A DNA stretch of 63,141 nt, the filler included, from Globobulimina sp. (lineage: Eukaryota): the NCBI GenBank assembly GCA_003354225.1. It is 34 parts of 34 records of this genome, joined end to end, with 100 filler letters (N's around TTAATTAATTAA, not from the genome) between each part and the next. Parts side by side here need not be neighbours in the genome. Positions count along the whole stretch, not along the records: positions 1 to 1,761 come from PIVH01012237.1; positions 1,862 to 3,622 come from PIVH01012238.1; positions 3,723 to 5,483 come from PIVH01012239.1; positions 5,584 to 7,344 come from PIVH01012240.1; positions 7,445 to 9,205 come from PIVH01012241.1; positions 9,306 to 11,066 come from PIVH01012242.1; positions 11,167 to 12,927 come from PIVH01012243.1; positions 13,028 to 14,788 come from PIVH01012244.1; 26 more parts are not named here. One strand, given 5' to 3'. The notes beneath the pieces were generated by a model. It had not been told where the DNA came from. It was given only the letters and a program-made list of their open reading frames with translations, and made no database searches. Within the stretch, counting starts at the first letter, position 1. Every line of letters starts with the position of its first letter. Below, piece after piece: positions 1-13,090 of this stretch. The position numbers and the translations under genes are program-made.

Positions 1-61
1 CGGATATATACGAAAAATATACAGTATAACTGAATGGTTAACCAATGATTGGAATATATAG

Positions 62-1645
62 TTTCACCAAAAAACAAAAGGAAAACAAGGAAAACAACAA
101 AAACAACAAATAATACACGATCCAAAAATACACGTGAAATATATTGATACGCACGGCTTTGCAGACCAGTGCATTAAAATCTGTTTGATTGGAGCAGGTC
201 CATCGGGACTATCTTTATTAAATGCATTCAATACAGAAACCCAAAAACGCCATAAAGTTAACAAAAAAATTGGTTTCCAGGTTGTCTGTTTTGAACAACA
301 GGAAAGTGTCGGAGGTCAATGGAATTATACATGGCAAACATCAACGAATGGATACGGTGAGCCTGTACACAGTTCAATGTATCACGATCTTTGGACAAAT
401 GGACCAAAAGAATGTTTAGAATTTTGTGACTATTCAATGATGGAACATTTCAATGGCAAAAATATTGGTTCATTCCCACCAATGAAAGTAATGAAAGATT
501 ATATTTTAGGTCGAGTAAACAATAAAAATTTATTAAAAAACGCCGCATTTGAAATCAAATTAAATTGCAAAGCCACAAATGTCAAAGAAATCGATAATGG
601 AAACAGATTCCAATTAAAATACAAAGATTTGAAAAGCAATACCTGCCATGATGCTATTTTTGATTTCGTGGTCGTAGCGTCCGGCCATTTTACAACACCA
701 AATATGGTATGTTTGAACCAATATTTTCGGCATAATTAATGCAGAAAACTCGAATAAAATAAATTTGATTTTTTTTTTGACCAGGTTTATTTCAAAGGAT
801 TTGAAAATTTCAATGGACGGATATTGCATGCTCATTCATTTAGAAATGCAGCAGAATTTAAAGGGAAAAACATTGTGGTTATTGGTGGAAGCTACAGCGC
901 TGAAGATATAGCACTTCAATGTTGGAAGTTTGGTGCTAACTCAGTCACCATTTCATATCGAAGCGCTGCAATGGGGTTTAAATGGCCAAAGGGAGTGATT
1001 GAAGTGCCATTATTGGATGAAATTATTGATGGAAATGCTAAATTTATCGATGGGACAGTTGTAGAAAATATTGATGCAGTTATTTTATGTACCGGTTATC
1101 TTCATCATTTTCCGTTTTTAGAGGATAACATTCGATTGCAATCGAAGAATGTTTTAGCAATAAATAATTTGTATAAAGGATGTTTATGGATAAATAATCC
1201 AAAATTGATGTTTTTAGGAATGCAGGATCTATGGTACACGTTTACAATGTTCGATATTCAGTCGTTTTTCGTAAAAGATGTGATTTTGAAGAATATCGGA
1301 ATACCAAATAAATGCTATATGCTGAATGATGTCGAAAAATGGATGAAAAGGGAACAGAATGAAACAAAAAGTGATGAGGAACAGATTATATTTCAAACGG
1401 ATTATATTGTTGATGTATGTAAACAGATAGCACCGCCCAATGATTATGCGGATGATACCAATAAATTAAACTGTTCAAAGAAATTTATGGAATGGGAGCA
1501 TAACAGACATAATGATATAGTTACACATCGTGATAAAGTGCACCAGTCAAATATTACTGGAGTTACTGCCGCTCCATTTCATACATCATGGCCAAATGCT
1601 TTCGATGATTCAATTGAGTGTTATTTAGGAGTGAAGAAAATGTGA
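62..1645 (+). CDS. tmm: Flavin-containing monooxygenase, bacterial trimethylamine monooxygenase (Tmm/mFMO)-like; intron 707-784; 5' end uncertain
   Basis: GAGPSG FAD motif, GGQWNYTW, GEPVHSSMYHDLWTNGPKECLEFCDY, spliced FENFNGRILHAHSFR (FMO motif), GGSYSAEDIA, CTGYLHHFPFL, GMQDLWYTFTMFD, C-terminal HTSW..AFDDSIECYL; GT-AG intron joins ORFs 134-739 and 824-1645 in frame. Confidence 0.9.
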
Positions 1646-1761
1646 ATTTACCTTTACTGTGTTAAATTAAATGTGATTTGTGTGTGTGTTACAAAGATTA
1701 CAAGACCGCTAAAGATTTTTACAAAACATCAAACAACCATGCAGTCCTGAATCGTGACATC

Positions 1762-1861
1762 NNNNNNNNNNNNNNNNNNNNNNNNNNNNNNNNNNNNNNN
1801 NNNNNTTAATTAATTAANNNNNNNNNNNNNNNNNNNNNNNNNNNNNNNNNNNNNNNNNNNN
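1762..1861. other. Artificial 100-bp contig-joining spacer (first of 33; recurs about every 1.86 kb)
   Basis: 44 N + TTAATTAATTAA + 44 N, identical at every junction; flanking contigs are 1761/1760/1759 bp, i.e. size-sorted concatenation. Confidence 0.99.
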
Positions 1862-2275
1862 TAAATGTTTGATTAATAATGCATTTCTTGCAGCTGACAC
1901 CGCAAAAATGCAAATTCAACATATGATTTACAGGGAATTGCGGTTAGATCCCCTGATGCAACAACAATGGCAATGACATACATCATGACTTTTTTTATTT
2001 TTTTTTGCAATCATATTACGTTTGCAATCATATTATTATTTTTTTGTGTTAAAAGTATGCAAATTAATATGTTTTTAGATTTTTTTTTTTTGATCAATGA
2101 TTAAATTTTAAATCTCAAATTAAATGTACTTTTTTTGCATTTAATTTGAATAACTTATTATTAAATCTAATCATATTATTTATTTTTTTATTTTTTACTT
2201 TCAATCTCTTCCTTTTCTCTCTTTCACTGTCTAAAAAAAACAAAACAACACTACCTCAGTTGAGTCAGTTCGAGC

Positions 2276-3622
2276 ATGCTGTCGTTGTTAGCTTGCATAT
2301 TCTGGAGTGCCATTGGCCATGCCGAGGTTGGCAGTTATATCCCGCATAATGTCACCATGCAAGATGTGGCTGGCGAAGAGATCGTGATTCATATTGTCGG
2401 ACAGTAAGTCTCTGCGTTATTTTATTTAATTGCATGATATGTATATATATATATATATATTATATGCAGCACTCACGACGATCCAGGTTGGCTTATCACT
2501 GTGGACGAGTATTATATCAGAGAGGTGGAGTGGATATTTTATACAATGATACCTGTATTGAAAGACAATCCAATCCGCAAATTTACCTACGTTGAAATGG
2601 CATATATGGTATTGGTATATGTCTGTCTCTTAATTAATTCATTTAATACGTATCATATTTTCCCATATTAATAATAGCAACGTTGGTGGCAAGAAATCGA
2701 CGATGATTTAAAGAAAGACACTGTGGACTTAATAAATAATGGCCAGTTCCAAATCAACCTCGGCGGCTGGTGTATGAATGTATGTTATGTTATGTTTAAT
2801 ATTTAATATAATAAAAATGTAATTAATATTTAAATGATACATAGGATGAGGCGTCGCCAACAGCCTCGGCCGTGATCCATCAAATGACCGACGGGAACCA
2901 GTTTGTTTTAAGTAATTTGGGTTTAAAAGGGAGGCCGACTGTGGCATGGCATGTAGACCCATTTGGCCACAGTTGGGTCACCGGCGGAATGTGGGCACAA
3001 TCTGGCTTTGATGCATTTGGTGTGCACAGAATCAATTATTTGGATTTAGAGAAACGAAAAAAAGAGCAAGTTTAGATTTAATTTACTGTATACTCCTCCG
3101 ATTTAATTTAATTATATACAAAAAACAAAACAGAATTTAGAGTTTATGTGGAAAGGCAGTGCAAGTTTAGGCGCCGAGGGCTATATATTTCTGCATATCT
3201 TAGATAGCGGCTATTGCAGTCCGGGAGAGATTAACTTTTGGAACGGCGGTTCGTGGATTAATACGGATCCATTGTTGCCGTCTTATCCGCCCAACCAAGT
3301 CTATCTCGGCGAGTGTTTGGTGGCCGACGCACGTACTCGCTCCGCCTGGTACTCCCATAACCAAATACTAATACCTTTTGGCTGCGATTTTGCTCATCAA
3401 AACGGTGTGTTTTTGTCTCTCTCTTTCTCTCTCTCCGTATGTATACATCTGATATTACATAGCGTACCAATCCATGATCCAAATGGATAAATTAATTGCA
3501 TACATCAACAGCAATGACACCTACAATGCAACCATAATATATTCGACGTTGGCGGACTATATCGGTGCGGTAAATGACTTGAACTTGACGTGGCCTTTGG
3601 AACAGCCTGATTTTTTCACCTA
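2276..3622 (+). CDS. Lysosomal-type alpha-mannosidase (GH38), 3' partial; introns 2404-2469, ~2599-2677, ~2779-2844, 3070-3133, 3405-3462
   Basis: Signal peptide; splicing restores GHTHDDPGW, FTYVEMAY..RWW, GGWCMNDEA, WHVDPFGHS, NLEFMWKG, PFGCDF, MDKLIAYIN..YSTL. Confidence 0.93.
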
Positions 3623-3765
3623 NNNNNNNNNNNNNNNNNNNNNNNNNNNNNNNNNNNNNNNNNNNNTTAATTAATTAANNNNNNNNNNNNNNNNNNNNNN
3701 NNNNNNNNNNNNNNNNNNNNNNAGGTTATTTAATTTGTTCATGTCTAATGAAAACATAAAAGTTT

Positions 3766-5339
3766 TTGGAGAATGGTCCTGCTAAAGAGACGTCGAAACT
3801 ATTGTGTAATGCACACACAATTAACGACATGGGATCCATTCAGAAGAATGAACAATTTGGAACATTTCCACCACCATCACTCAGTTTAGGTCAATTCAAG
3901 ATATATAATTATTTGTATTGGATATATGCATCAGTATTTTATTGCTTGGCAGCATATTTTCAAATGACGATATCACCCATAACTGATGTGTTACAAACGG
4001 AACTAAATACATCTTCATCTGGTATTGGTATGCTATCATCAACCTACAATTTAACAAACTTTTTATTTCAATTACCATTTGGTGTAATATTACAAAGATA
4101 TTCACATCACATGGTATTGTTAGTTGTTTCAATATGTTTAACAATATGTTTTATATTATTTGCGTTTATGGATTCTTTAGTGTCTGGGTGTATAATACGG
4201 AGTGTCTGTGGCATATTTGGTGCGTGTACATGGATCATCATACCCAATATCGTTGGGCAACACTTTGGTAACACTAAAGTGTCATTATTCTTAGGTATTA
4301 CTTTGTTTGTAACTGAATTTATTTGGTTGTTTGGATTAACAATTCAGGGCTACATTTATCAAACATATCATGTATGGAGAGCAACATATTATTTTATAGC
4401 ACTTATTGCAATAATAAGTGTTTCTGCTGTGGCATTAACAATGTATACACAAAAAAGAACGATTCAAAAAAATGAATTAATTGCTGCAGATGTGTCATGG
4501 CTTAACTTGTCCAATGGAACTCAGCAAGGCAATATAAAACAAAATAAAACTTCATTTCAAGTAAATATTTTTCCATTAATATATTTTTATCGTCATATAT
4601 AATCGAAATAAGTTGCAAGTAGCAACGTACCAATCAAATGATTATTATGATGACAAACATATATTAATGCAAATGGTAATAATTAAAGTTGAAAATGGTG
4701 ATGGGAAATTATTTAAATATATGTGCAGCATGTTATCTATTTGCTTCCTGGGCATTAATGACATCCATTTGTGGCTTATGGTTAATACCTTATTTGATGG
4801 TAAAATTCAAGTATTCTCGATCATTGTCATCATTGTTTTCAGGCATGTTTCAAGGAGGTGTTGGTGCTGGCAACTTAATCTTTGGTTATTTTGCAACTAA
4901 GTATAGGAACAGGAAAATCTATTTAATTATATGTGATTTGTGCTTCTCAGCTTTGTTATACTTATTGTATTTAGACAAAGAAATATTAAATCAATATGCT
5001 GTGATCATAATCATTATATTATGTGGGTTTGGTGGTGCTTCGAATGGAGTGTTATTTACATTGATAAGAGAATATAATGTAACTGCAGATTGTCAGGAGA
5101 CTGCAATGGGATTTGTTTCTGCGGTTCAAACTTCTGCTGGGTTTTTATCGCAGTACGTAATTGGATTATTAATAGATTATCATTGGCAACATGCACATAA
5201 TAATAATGGACATCGCGCGACAAGAACATACAATGTTGATGATTACACCTTTGCATTTTCATGCGTTGGACCAGCATGTCTGACAGTTATGGTGATTACC
5301 ACCGCATTGTTAAAAGAAACAAACGCAAAAAACATTTAA
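3766..5339 (+). CDS. Major facilitator superfamily transporter; intron 4561-4688; start uncertain
   Basis: About 12 hydrophobic segments across two ORFs joined in frame by a GTAAAT..AAG intron; MFS-like motifs (QLPFGVILQRYS, NLIFGYFATKY). Confidence 0.85.
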
Positions 5340-6032
5340 ATTAATGTTTTGCTGTTACTTGTTTAGTTCTGTACATTAATGATATGATCGATTTGCCACT
5401 GCGGGCAAAACCAACTAGTTTCAGGCTGACAAAGGAAATGAATAACTACGTACAAAAACACTAGTCAGTTTGATCGAAATGTANNNNNNNNNNNNNNNNN
5501 NNNNNNNNNNNNNNNNNNNNNNNNNNNTTAATTAATTAANNNNNNNNNNNNNNNNNNNNNNNNNNNNNNNNNNNNNNNNNNNNATTTGTGCCAAAGCTTG
5601 CAATCAAAGCAAACGTTAATCCAATAAACGGAGCGCAAAAAAGTATTTTTGATATCATTTCTGGTGACATTATATCCTCAACTTTGTGATGTAAATTAGT
5701 ATGCAATGATGTTATAATTATATTGCATGCACCAACTTGATCCGAAAATGCGATAATAATAAACGAGAATACTGCAGCTGATCACATAACTTTGCTCTCT
5801 AACATGAATATTGCTGACGCTTAATTGATTGCTGATGTCGTATCTGATGATGACTCGTAATGACGCTAGTAGTGAAAAAAAATCGGTTTGCGAAAATAGT
5901 TATAACCATACAGGCGTAGCAAAGTGGTAACTGTACAGTACATCGCACAAAAACAAGTATGCGACTATAAACAATTGTTTTTATGAAAAATACCATTTAA
6001 TTTTGTGTAAATAAATAATTATTATAATATGA

Positions 6033-6931
6033 TTACAATTTGCGTTTTAATTTGCATGAAATAATAGCACTTACTAACATACAAATATCAGCACCAATTA
6101 CAATATAAAAAGAGAGGCCCAAACTCAGATTAAACTGATCATCATCCATACACACTCCATCATATTCCACCCATAACACATTTGCTACAACGCACAAAAG
6201 TAATGCAATAATAAACATTATCCGCGGACAGATTGTGATACAGCAATGTTGCGGGAATTGGCACATTGGCTGAACGCATAGGTTACCAATACATAAAAAT
6301 AATAAACTAAATACTAAGCATCCGATCCACACCGATGCTGCTGCCCAGGTGGCACAATATTCATCGTCAGAAAAATCAATATCTGGCCATTCTTCATCAT
6401 CTAAACATTCCTTATGATAATAATGTAAACGTCCATGTCCATATTTTACGCCTATGAGCGAACAACGAACAGTATTTCCTTTATATCTGCCGGATGCTAA
6501 ATCATTGCAAGCCATTGCTGATACCTATGCAGTGTGTATATATATGGGGAAATATAGGGATTTCGTATAAATCAGGATTGGGAAATATAATAAGCATTAA
6601 CTAATAATATGACAGCAACCAGACCAAAAACAATGGCACAAGATCTACAACTTTTGTCTTTGGATGATGAATATCCACGGCCATGATCTTCTTGCTTTGC
6701 TAATAATGCTTGTCCCTGCTGTGAGGTGGAAAATGATTGGTGAGGTGTTCGTCGCTCTTGCGATGACATTGGTGCGCTGGGTTGTAATACAGGATAAACT
6801 GACTGCTGTTGCTGTTGCTGAGATATATATGCAGCTTGTTCAGATGTTGGTGCCTCATAGTATGGATTAACTGGAGTTACGTTTGTGTTTCCATCACCTT
6901 CTTCTTGATATTGTTGGCCACCGGTTGACAT
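6033..6931 (-). CDS. Four-TM claudin/amastin-like membrane protein with Gln-rich N-terminus; intron ~6525-6602
   Basis: ORFs 6572-6931 and 6033-6515 join in frame (AVILL|VSAMAC) via a GT..CATAG intron; four hydrophobic helices and a Cys-containing loop. Confidence 0.6.
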
Positions 6932-7754
6932 GATTTATTGCTACTTTAGTTTTTAGCTGCTACTGTGCTTAGATTAAAAACAGCATGTCACAAAAGAGTT
7001 GGATCTTTCTGGATCCGTTAAAATGTCCCTGCTATGCAGCACCACGTATGTAGTGACATAACTGATGATATTTATGAAATGAACATATAAACATATATAG
7101 GTTTACTAAATGATAAATATGTAGTACTGGTAGGTGACAGTGATAAAGGCAAGATTTATAGTTGTAATTTAGAAGAGAACAAATGGTTTAACATTGGAAA
7201 ATTAGGCATGGAACCATTACGTCACAGCATTATTGTTGATAATAAGACACAGAAAATATATGTTTATAGCAATACGGCAACATCAACAGATATATTCTTT
7301 GAGATTGATATCTTACACAAATCATCGATTATGTATAAAGGAATNNNNNNNNNNNNNNNNNNNNNNNNNNNNNNNNNNNNNNNNNNNNTTAATTAATTAA
7401 NNNNNNNNNNNNNNNNNNNNNNNNNNNNNNNNNNNNNNNNNNNNAAAGAATAATGAAAATTTTACATTATTTGATGCAGAATAACTTTGGTATTGAAGAT
7501 ATTAACGAAGCAAAAATGATTTTGAAATTGCAAGGTAAAAATTTGTTTCTCACGCTCGGAATTTGTTTAATAGCATTTGATAATATGATATAATAAAAAG
7601 TATGTCTGTACATACTAAAATCTATAATTTCAGCACAGAACATATTATATGTGTTTCTGTAAATTTTGATGTAAATTCCAAGCGTGGGAAACTTTTATAA
7701 CAAGTTGCATCGACACAATTTCGTGCGCCATTTATTAAAACACGCATTGCAGCA

Positions 7755-8204
7755 ATGACTAAAATCAATGAATACATATTATTGGCGATAGAAAGAGATG
7801 GTTTGAAAAAGAAACATAAACAATGGAACGATTCATTTAACGCTCACGAAAAAAAATTATGGAATTTGTGGTTGGATGTTAATTTTATCGAAGAATGTAT
7901 TGTTGGCGACGGCGCATTGGACTTCATATTAAATCCTATAACTACTCATATTGCATTAATTAGACTGTTAGGACCAATGTATAAACTGTTGAAGCATAAT
8001 AAATCTATTAATGTAGCGATGCATATTAAACCTTGGCTATCATTGCTTATAAATGAAGAGTTGATGCATAGTGTAGTACCATCTGAATTTCATCGACAAT
8101 TAAAATATTTTGCACAATTATTGATCAATGGGTGGATAAAACGGCTTGTAAAAGATGTTCCAGCTGATGTAATCTCATTAATATCATTGTTTTATCTTTC
8201 ATAA
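7755..8204 (+). CDS. Hypothetical protein (likely last exon, possibly degraded), ending in an LL.GWI....VPADVISLISLFY motif
   Basis: 149-aa ORF; an in-frame TAA lies shortly upstream of the ATG. Confidence 0.4.
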   Translation: MTKINEYILLAIERDGLKKKHKQWNDSFNAHEKKLWNLWLDVNFIEECIVGDGALDFILNPITTHIALIRLLGPMYKLLKHNKSINVAMHIKPWLSLLINEELMHSVVPSEFHRQLKYFAQLLINGWIKRLVKDVPADVISLISLFYLS

Positions 8205-8354
8205 AATTAATTTTTGTAAGCTAGTTATTTGGGGTGTTTGTGTATGTGTGATCCTAACCAATATTTAGTATCATCCACACATCTATTCTTTAAATGAACT
8301 TCTTGAAACTCAGTAACAGAATGTTTTTTTTTATTATTAAATAAAAAATAAACG

Positions 8355-9205
8355 ATGGGGTGTTGTGCTTCTGATGACAGTGATATGCCAAGTAGTAATA
8401 TGGAAAAAATCCCTGCTTGCAAACGGAACAGTTTATTGGTAGTTGCTTATATTGCACAAATAATTGAGTGTAAAAGAGCACTCATTCCTGAAGATATTAT
8501 TTCATTGCTCCTGGAATATTGCAGAAATCGAGATTTGGTGTTAAAAAACCGTAAAAATAAAATCCACACACTAGAAGCAGATAGAACACATCAATTTGAT
8601 TCCATAACACTTAAAAATGGAGCCACATTGACCATTGACAAAGAACAAGGAGCATTACATATTGTTTGTTTTGGAGATATCATAATTGGACACAATGCAC
8701 ATATTAATTTGAATGGTCGTGGATATCGTGGAGGGAGAGGATACGGATCAAGAGGGCTCATAGGAGATAAACAAGGCTTAGGTAAATCCTATAAAAATAA
8801 ATCCAAATTATGGTCCAGACGGAATGCCAACTATGGAGGCGGTGGTGCTCCCATTCAAACTAATTGTGGCGGAGGAGGTGGATATGGTACAGTGGGAAAC
8901 AACAATAACAAAGAAAATCGCTGGTTTGGCTATAACGGATATGGTGGGAACACATATGGTGATAAAAAACTGAGCGTATTGCACCTTGGCAGTGGTGGTG
9001 GCAGTGCCAGCAGGGAAAGATGGCAAATCAGTGCTGATTGGCATGGGGGTCATGGTGGTGGAGCTATAAAAATTAATTGTTTTGGGTGTTTAATCTTAAA
9101 TAATGGAGCGACGATATGTTGCAATGGAACAGCAGGTACTGGATTGTCAGGAGCCGGATCTGGAGGATCAATACATATAATTCTCAACAAATGTAGTGAT
9201 TTTGT
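8355..9205 (+). CDS. Glycine-rich (GGGGG-turn) domain protein with N-terminal IPEDIISLLLEY motif, 3' partial
   Basis: INLNGRGYRGG, GGGGGYGT, LHLGSGGGS, GGHGGGAIKI, GAGSGGSI repeats; MGCC N-terminus suggests acylation. Confidence 0.75.
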
Positions 9206-9305
9206 NNNNNNNNNNNNNNNNNNNNNNNNNNNNNNNNNNNNNNNNNNNNTTAATTAATTAANNNNNNNNNNNNNNNNNNNNNNNNNNNNNNNNNNNNNNN
9301 NNNNN

Positions 9306-11066
9306 CAGATCATACAACAGGCCCCCGCTGAAACCGATGGTCCCATATGAAAAAATTGAAACAGCCTACTATGACGTCTGCCGCGGCGAGCCTGTATTCG
9401 AGGTTAAGGAAGAGGCCAACCGATGCATGTCCTGTGCTGTTTGCAGAGAGGTTATATTTTGCACATCATCTACGCCGAAAGCACGAAGCTTATATACGGT
9501 ATTCGTTGTACGTTGATAATATGCCGGTGGATGATGTCTCGCCCATTGGCAATGAGCAAATAAATCGCATATTGCAATCCGCATTATCTTCTCCAAAAAT
9601 ATCAATGATGGACGCGTCCACTTTGTTGGAAGAGATAAATATCGATTGGCAGCGTACTATGAATAAAATAATATTTGATAAAAATTTGTGTACGTTGCAA
9701 TTTAAACGGTTGCGAGAGTCGCACGAATTGAATGGTTTGGATATTAACTTTTTAATGCCAGAGAGCAGTGCGCCAACTTCGCAAAATAATAAGATTGAAA
9801 TATTTGACTACAACTTTCCGAAACAATTTCAGGATTTCAGTTTTAATTCGTTTTATACGCGGAATGAAGCATACAATGCATTGAAAGGAGTACAATATGA
9901 ATTACTAAAATTATTGGACCAAGATATGGATCTATTGCTTGGCTATGATAGTATTGATAAGAATATCCGTTTAGAAGATTTTGAACAATTACAGTCGCAT
10001 AAAATTAATAATATCTGTGCCTTTATTAAACGTAATTGGATGAATCAAGTAAAATCATGCATTACTAACTCGTTACGAGATTCTGGCAAAGGATGGTTCA
10101 ATTTGCGCGAACGGAGCAGAGAGATCTATTTATTTTCAAAGTTACGGAAATTATTGTTATGCACCAATATGAAAATGGAGGATACGCTGCGATTTATGAT
10201 ACATAAATCTTTAAATAATTATTATAAATTATTTAAATTTGCCTGTTGTGAGAGTGAGAATGCATTATTTTCATTGGATTTGATCATTTCAAATGAACGG
10301 GTTCAGCCAATTACAGCCTTGCAGCAATTTATTGAGATACCATGCCAATTATTTGAGAAATCATTGAGTTTGTTACAAATGATGCCACAAATTGAGTTTA
10401 TGGTTATGGAGCCCTTATTTTCTAAAGGTGGCGAAATACCCATTATCAAAACAGTACAATTTAATGAAATATTGCCACAGAAATTATATAAAGGAATTCA
10501 AAAATTATTGTCCAAAGCGCTGGAACCGGTGAATGAATTTTTATTATCATTTAGCAAATACAATAATTTGTTTAAATTAGATATTGAACATTATACCAAA
10601 GAGTTTTTTGCCAAATATGCGGATGATCCACAATCTTTAGATCCAAATCAGATCAAAATAGAAATTAATAAACATTTGCAATTAAGCCAAGAGATTAAAA
10701 AAGAAATCCCCCAATGCGTACATTTAGGTTTATTTTCGTTAAAATTACAATCAGTTCGGAATTACATTTGTGATAAACACAAACAAATTGCAGCCAAAGA
10801 ATTGGAATTATTTCTACAATTTGCCCGTACCCAATGCAATGATATTGGCCATAGTTTCAATGACATGACAAAAACATTAACCACACCCTGTGATACCGTT
10901 GAATCCTTAGCTGAAATGAAAGAATTTATTGCTGGGATCCCGACGAGTATCGATACATTGCAGCCACGAATTGATTTAAGCATAGAATATTTTGATTTAT
11001 TGGAAGAATTTAATCATAACTTAGATGCAAATGATTTCCGCTTAAAATGGCAAACCTTTGCCCGTG
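9306..11066 (+). CDS. DNAH1: Axonemal inner-arm dynein heavy chain, N-terminal stem fragment (DNAH1-like)
   Basis: Uninterrupted ORF; YSLYVDNMP, EEINIDWQRTMNKIIFD, SLRDSGKGWFNLRE...YLFSKLRKLL, MEDTLRFM match the recalled DNAH1-type N-terminus. Confidence 0.8.
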
Positions 11067-11166
11067 NNNNNNNNNNNNNNNNNNNNNNNNNNNNNNNNNN
11101 NNNNNNNNNNTTAATTAATTAANNNNNNNNNNNNNNNNNNNNNNNNNNNNNNNNNNNNNNNNNNNN

Positions 11167-12927
11167 ACAGTTTGTTTGTATGTAATAATTGTATGCCGAT
11201 TATGTTTACTTTATTATGATTATAAATTTAATGAAGCATCGGCCAATCAGATATGGCGAGACTTAGTCAATCCAAATGATAATAATTTTTGGTTAACTCA
11301 TCGTAAAACATTTGGCAATCTGCAATTTATGACTTGTGTCGCTTTGATTATTGTCAGTTTATCGCTCGTTATCTTATTATTTATCGGTTTTTTTGTCTTG
11401 GAACGCGAAAATTCGCATTTATTCCATTTTTTTACCGTCATTGGTTTAGGTTTCCCGTTTGTGGCATTTATTTTTTATTTGGTCTCTTTCAAAATTGCCG
11501 AAATCAATGACATTTACTTTATTTATTCGGAGATGAAATATTTATCATTTTGTATGGTGGCGCGAATTATTTGTTTTTTAATCGATGAGTATTTCTTGAA
11601 TAAATATGACAAATATTTATTATTTTATAGCATTGAAATGTTGACTAATTTATTGGCAGTTTATATTCAATGTAATTGGGTCATAAATCAATTAAAAAAG
11701 CAAGATGATGCAATGAATGTATACGAAGCTGCAGAATTCGAAGAAAAAACAAAGGCAAAAGTAAGTATTCGCAATTTGGAAATGATTGATTTATTTAATG
11801 AGAAGTTGTCGTTTGAACAATTTATCCGACATTGCACCAATGAGTTATCTGTCGAATCTGTCTTATTTTTAGTGGAAATCGCACAATTTAAGGCCTCTTT
11901 AAATAGATATAATGTTGGAATACAATCAATTGTTTATCGTCAGATTGATGTTATAAAAGCAAATTTAGTCAGCTTTATATGGAAAGAAAGACAAAATAAA
12001 CGGAATAAGAAACTGATTATTCATGCTGTACATGTTGGAGATAATAGTAATGGCAATATACCAACACCTTCATCACCACCTTTATCGCCACCACCTTTGT
12101 CACCAAAATCTGCTTCAATTTCTAAGTCAAGATCACCATCGCCACCATCACCATTTGCCATTGCAACACTTAAAAAAGCAAATTCAAATACTACACTGGC
12201 ACAAATTGCACAAATTGCTACCGTTAAACAAGAAAATGTTTACAAAGAATTTCAAGATAATATATTATCAAAAACATGGTTACCCATTGCGATGCCTTTG
12301 CTATCTTCGAATCAATTTAATGAAGATTATGACAGTGAATTTACGAAAACTCGAACCCGGACAAAATCACGCACAAAAACTGAGACAAAAACTATCACAA
12401 AAAGTGGCCCAAAAACTCCAACAAAAAGTAGTGTTGCGGCGCGCCGGCCGGCTTTTGGTAAATCATTTTCTTATATATCCAGATCTGGAATGACCAATGG
12501 AACGACCACGCCATCATCGCAAAGGTATTCAAACAAACAAAAATATCTTTACCGGTCCCGTTTTTCTCTGACAAGCGTTTCTAATTTAAATCTCTGACAA
12601 TTTCACCCACTCTGAATGTTCTGTACTTGAACATGTTACATGTACAGAAACATAAATTATATTACTTGTGTATAATGCTCATACTCTCTTAAATGAGCTG
12701 AAAAGCGAATTTATATAAATATTTTCTAAGGAGGAGCAAAAGAAAAAAGAAGTTTCCCAAATTGAGTCATGATATCGATGACAGTCTATCCACTTCGAAA
12801 TTAAGTGAAAATAATTTCATATCTCCCATATCATTGGCTATTATTGACAGCAATGCCAATCGCACAAATACATTAAATGAGGAGGAAAAGAAAGAAAATG
12901 CCCATGCATTTAATATCAAATATAAAA
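11167..12927 (+). CDS. Multi-TM (7TM-type) RGS-domain protein, partial
   Basis: TM helices followed by FEQFIRHCTNELSVESVLFLVEI (RGS helix motif) and a long Ser/Pro/Thr-rich insert; later exons uncertain. Confidence 0.7.
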
Positions 12928-13090
12928 NNNNNNNNNNNNNNNNNNNNNNNNNNNNNNNNNNNNNNNNNNNNTTAATTAATTAANNNNNNNNNNNNNNNNN
13001 NNNNNNNNNNNNNNNNNNNNNNNNNNNACGGAAAAATGCGTTTCCTCGTGACTGACACAGAGAAAAGTTAGTAAATGGTGAAGTAACTAG

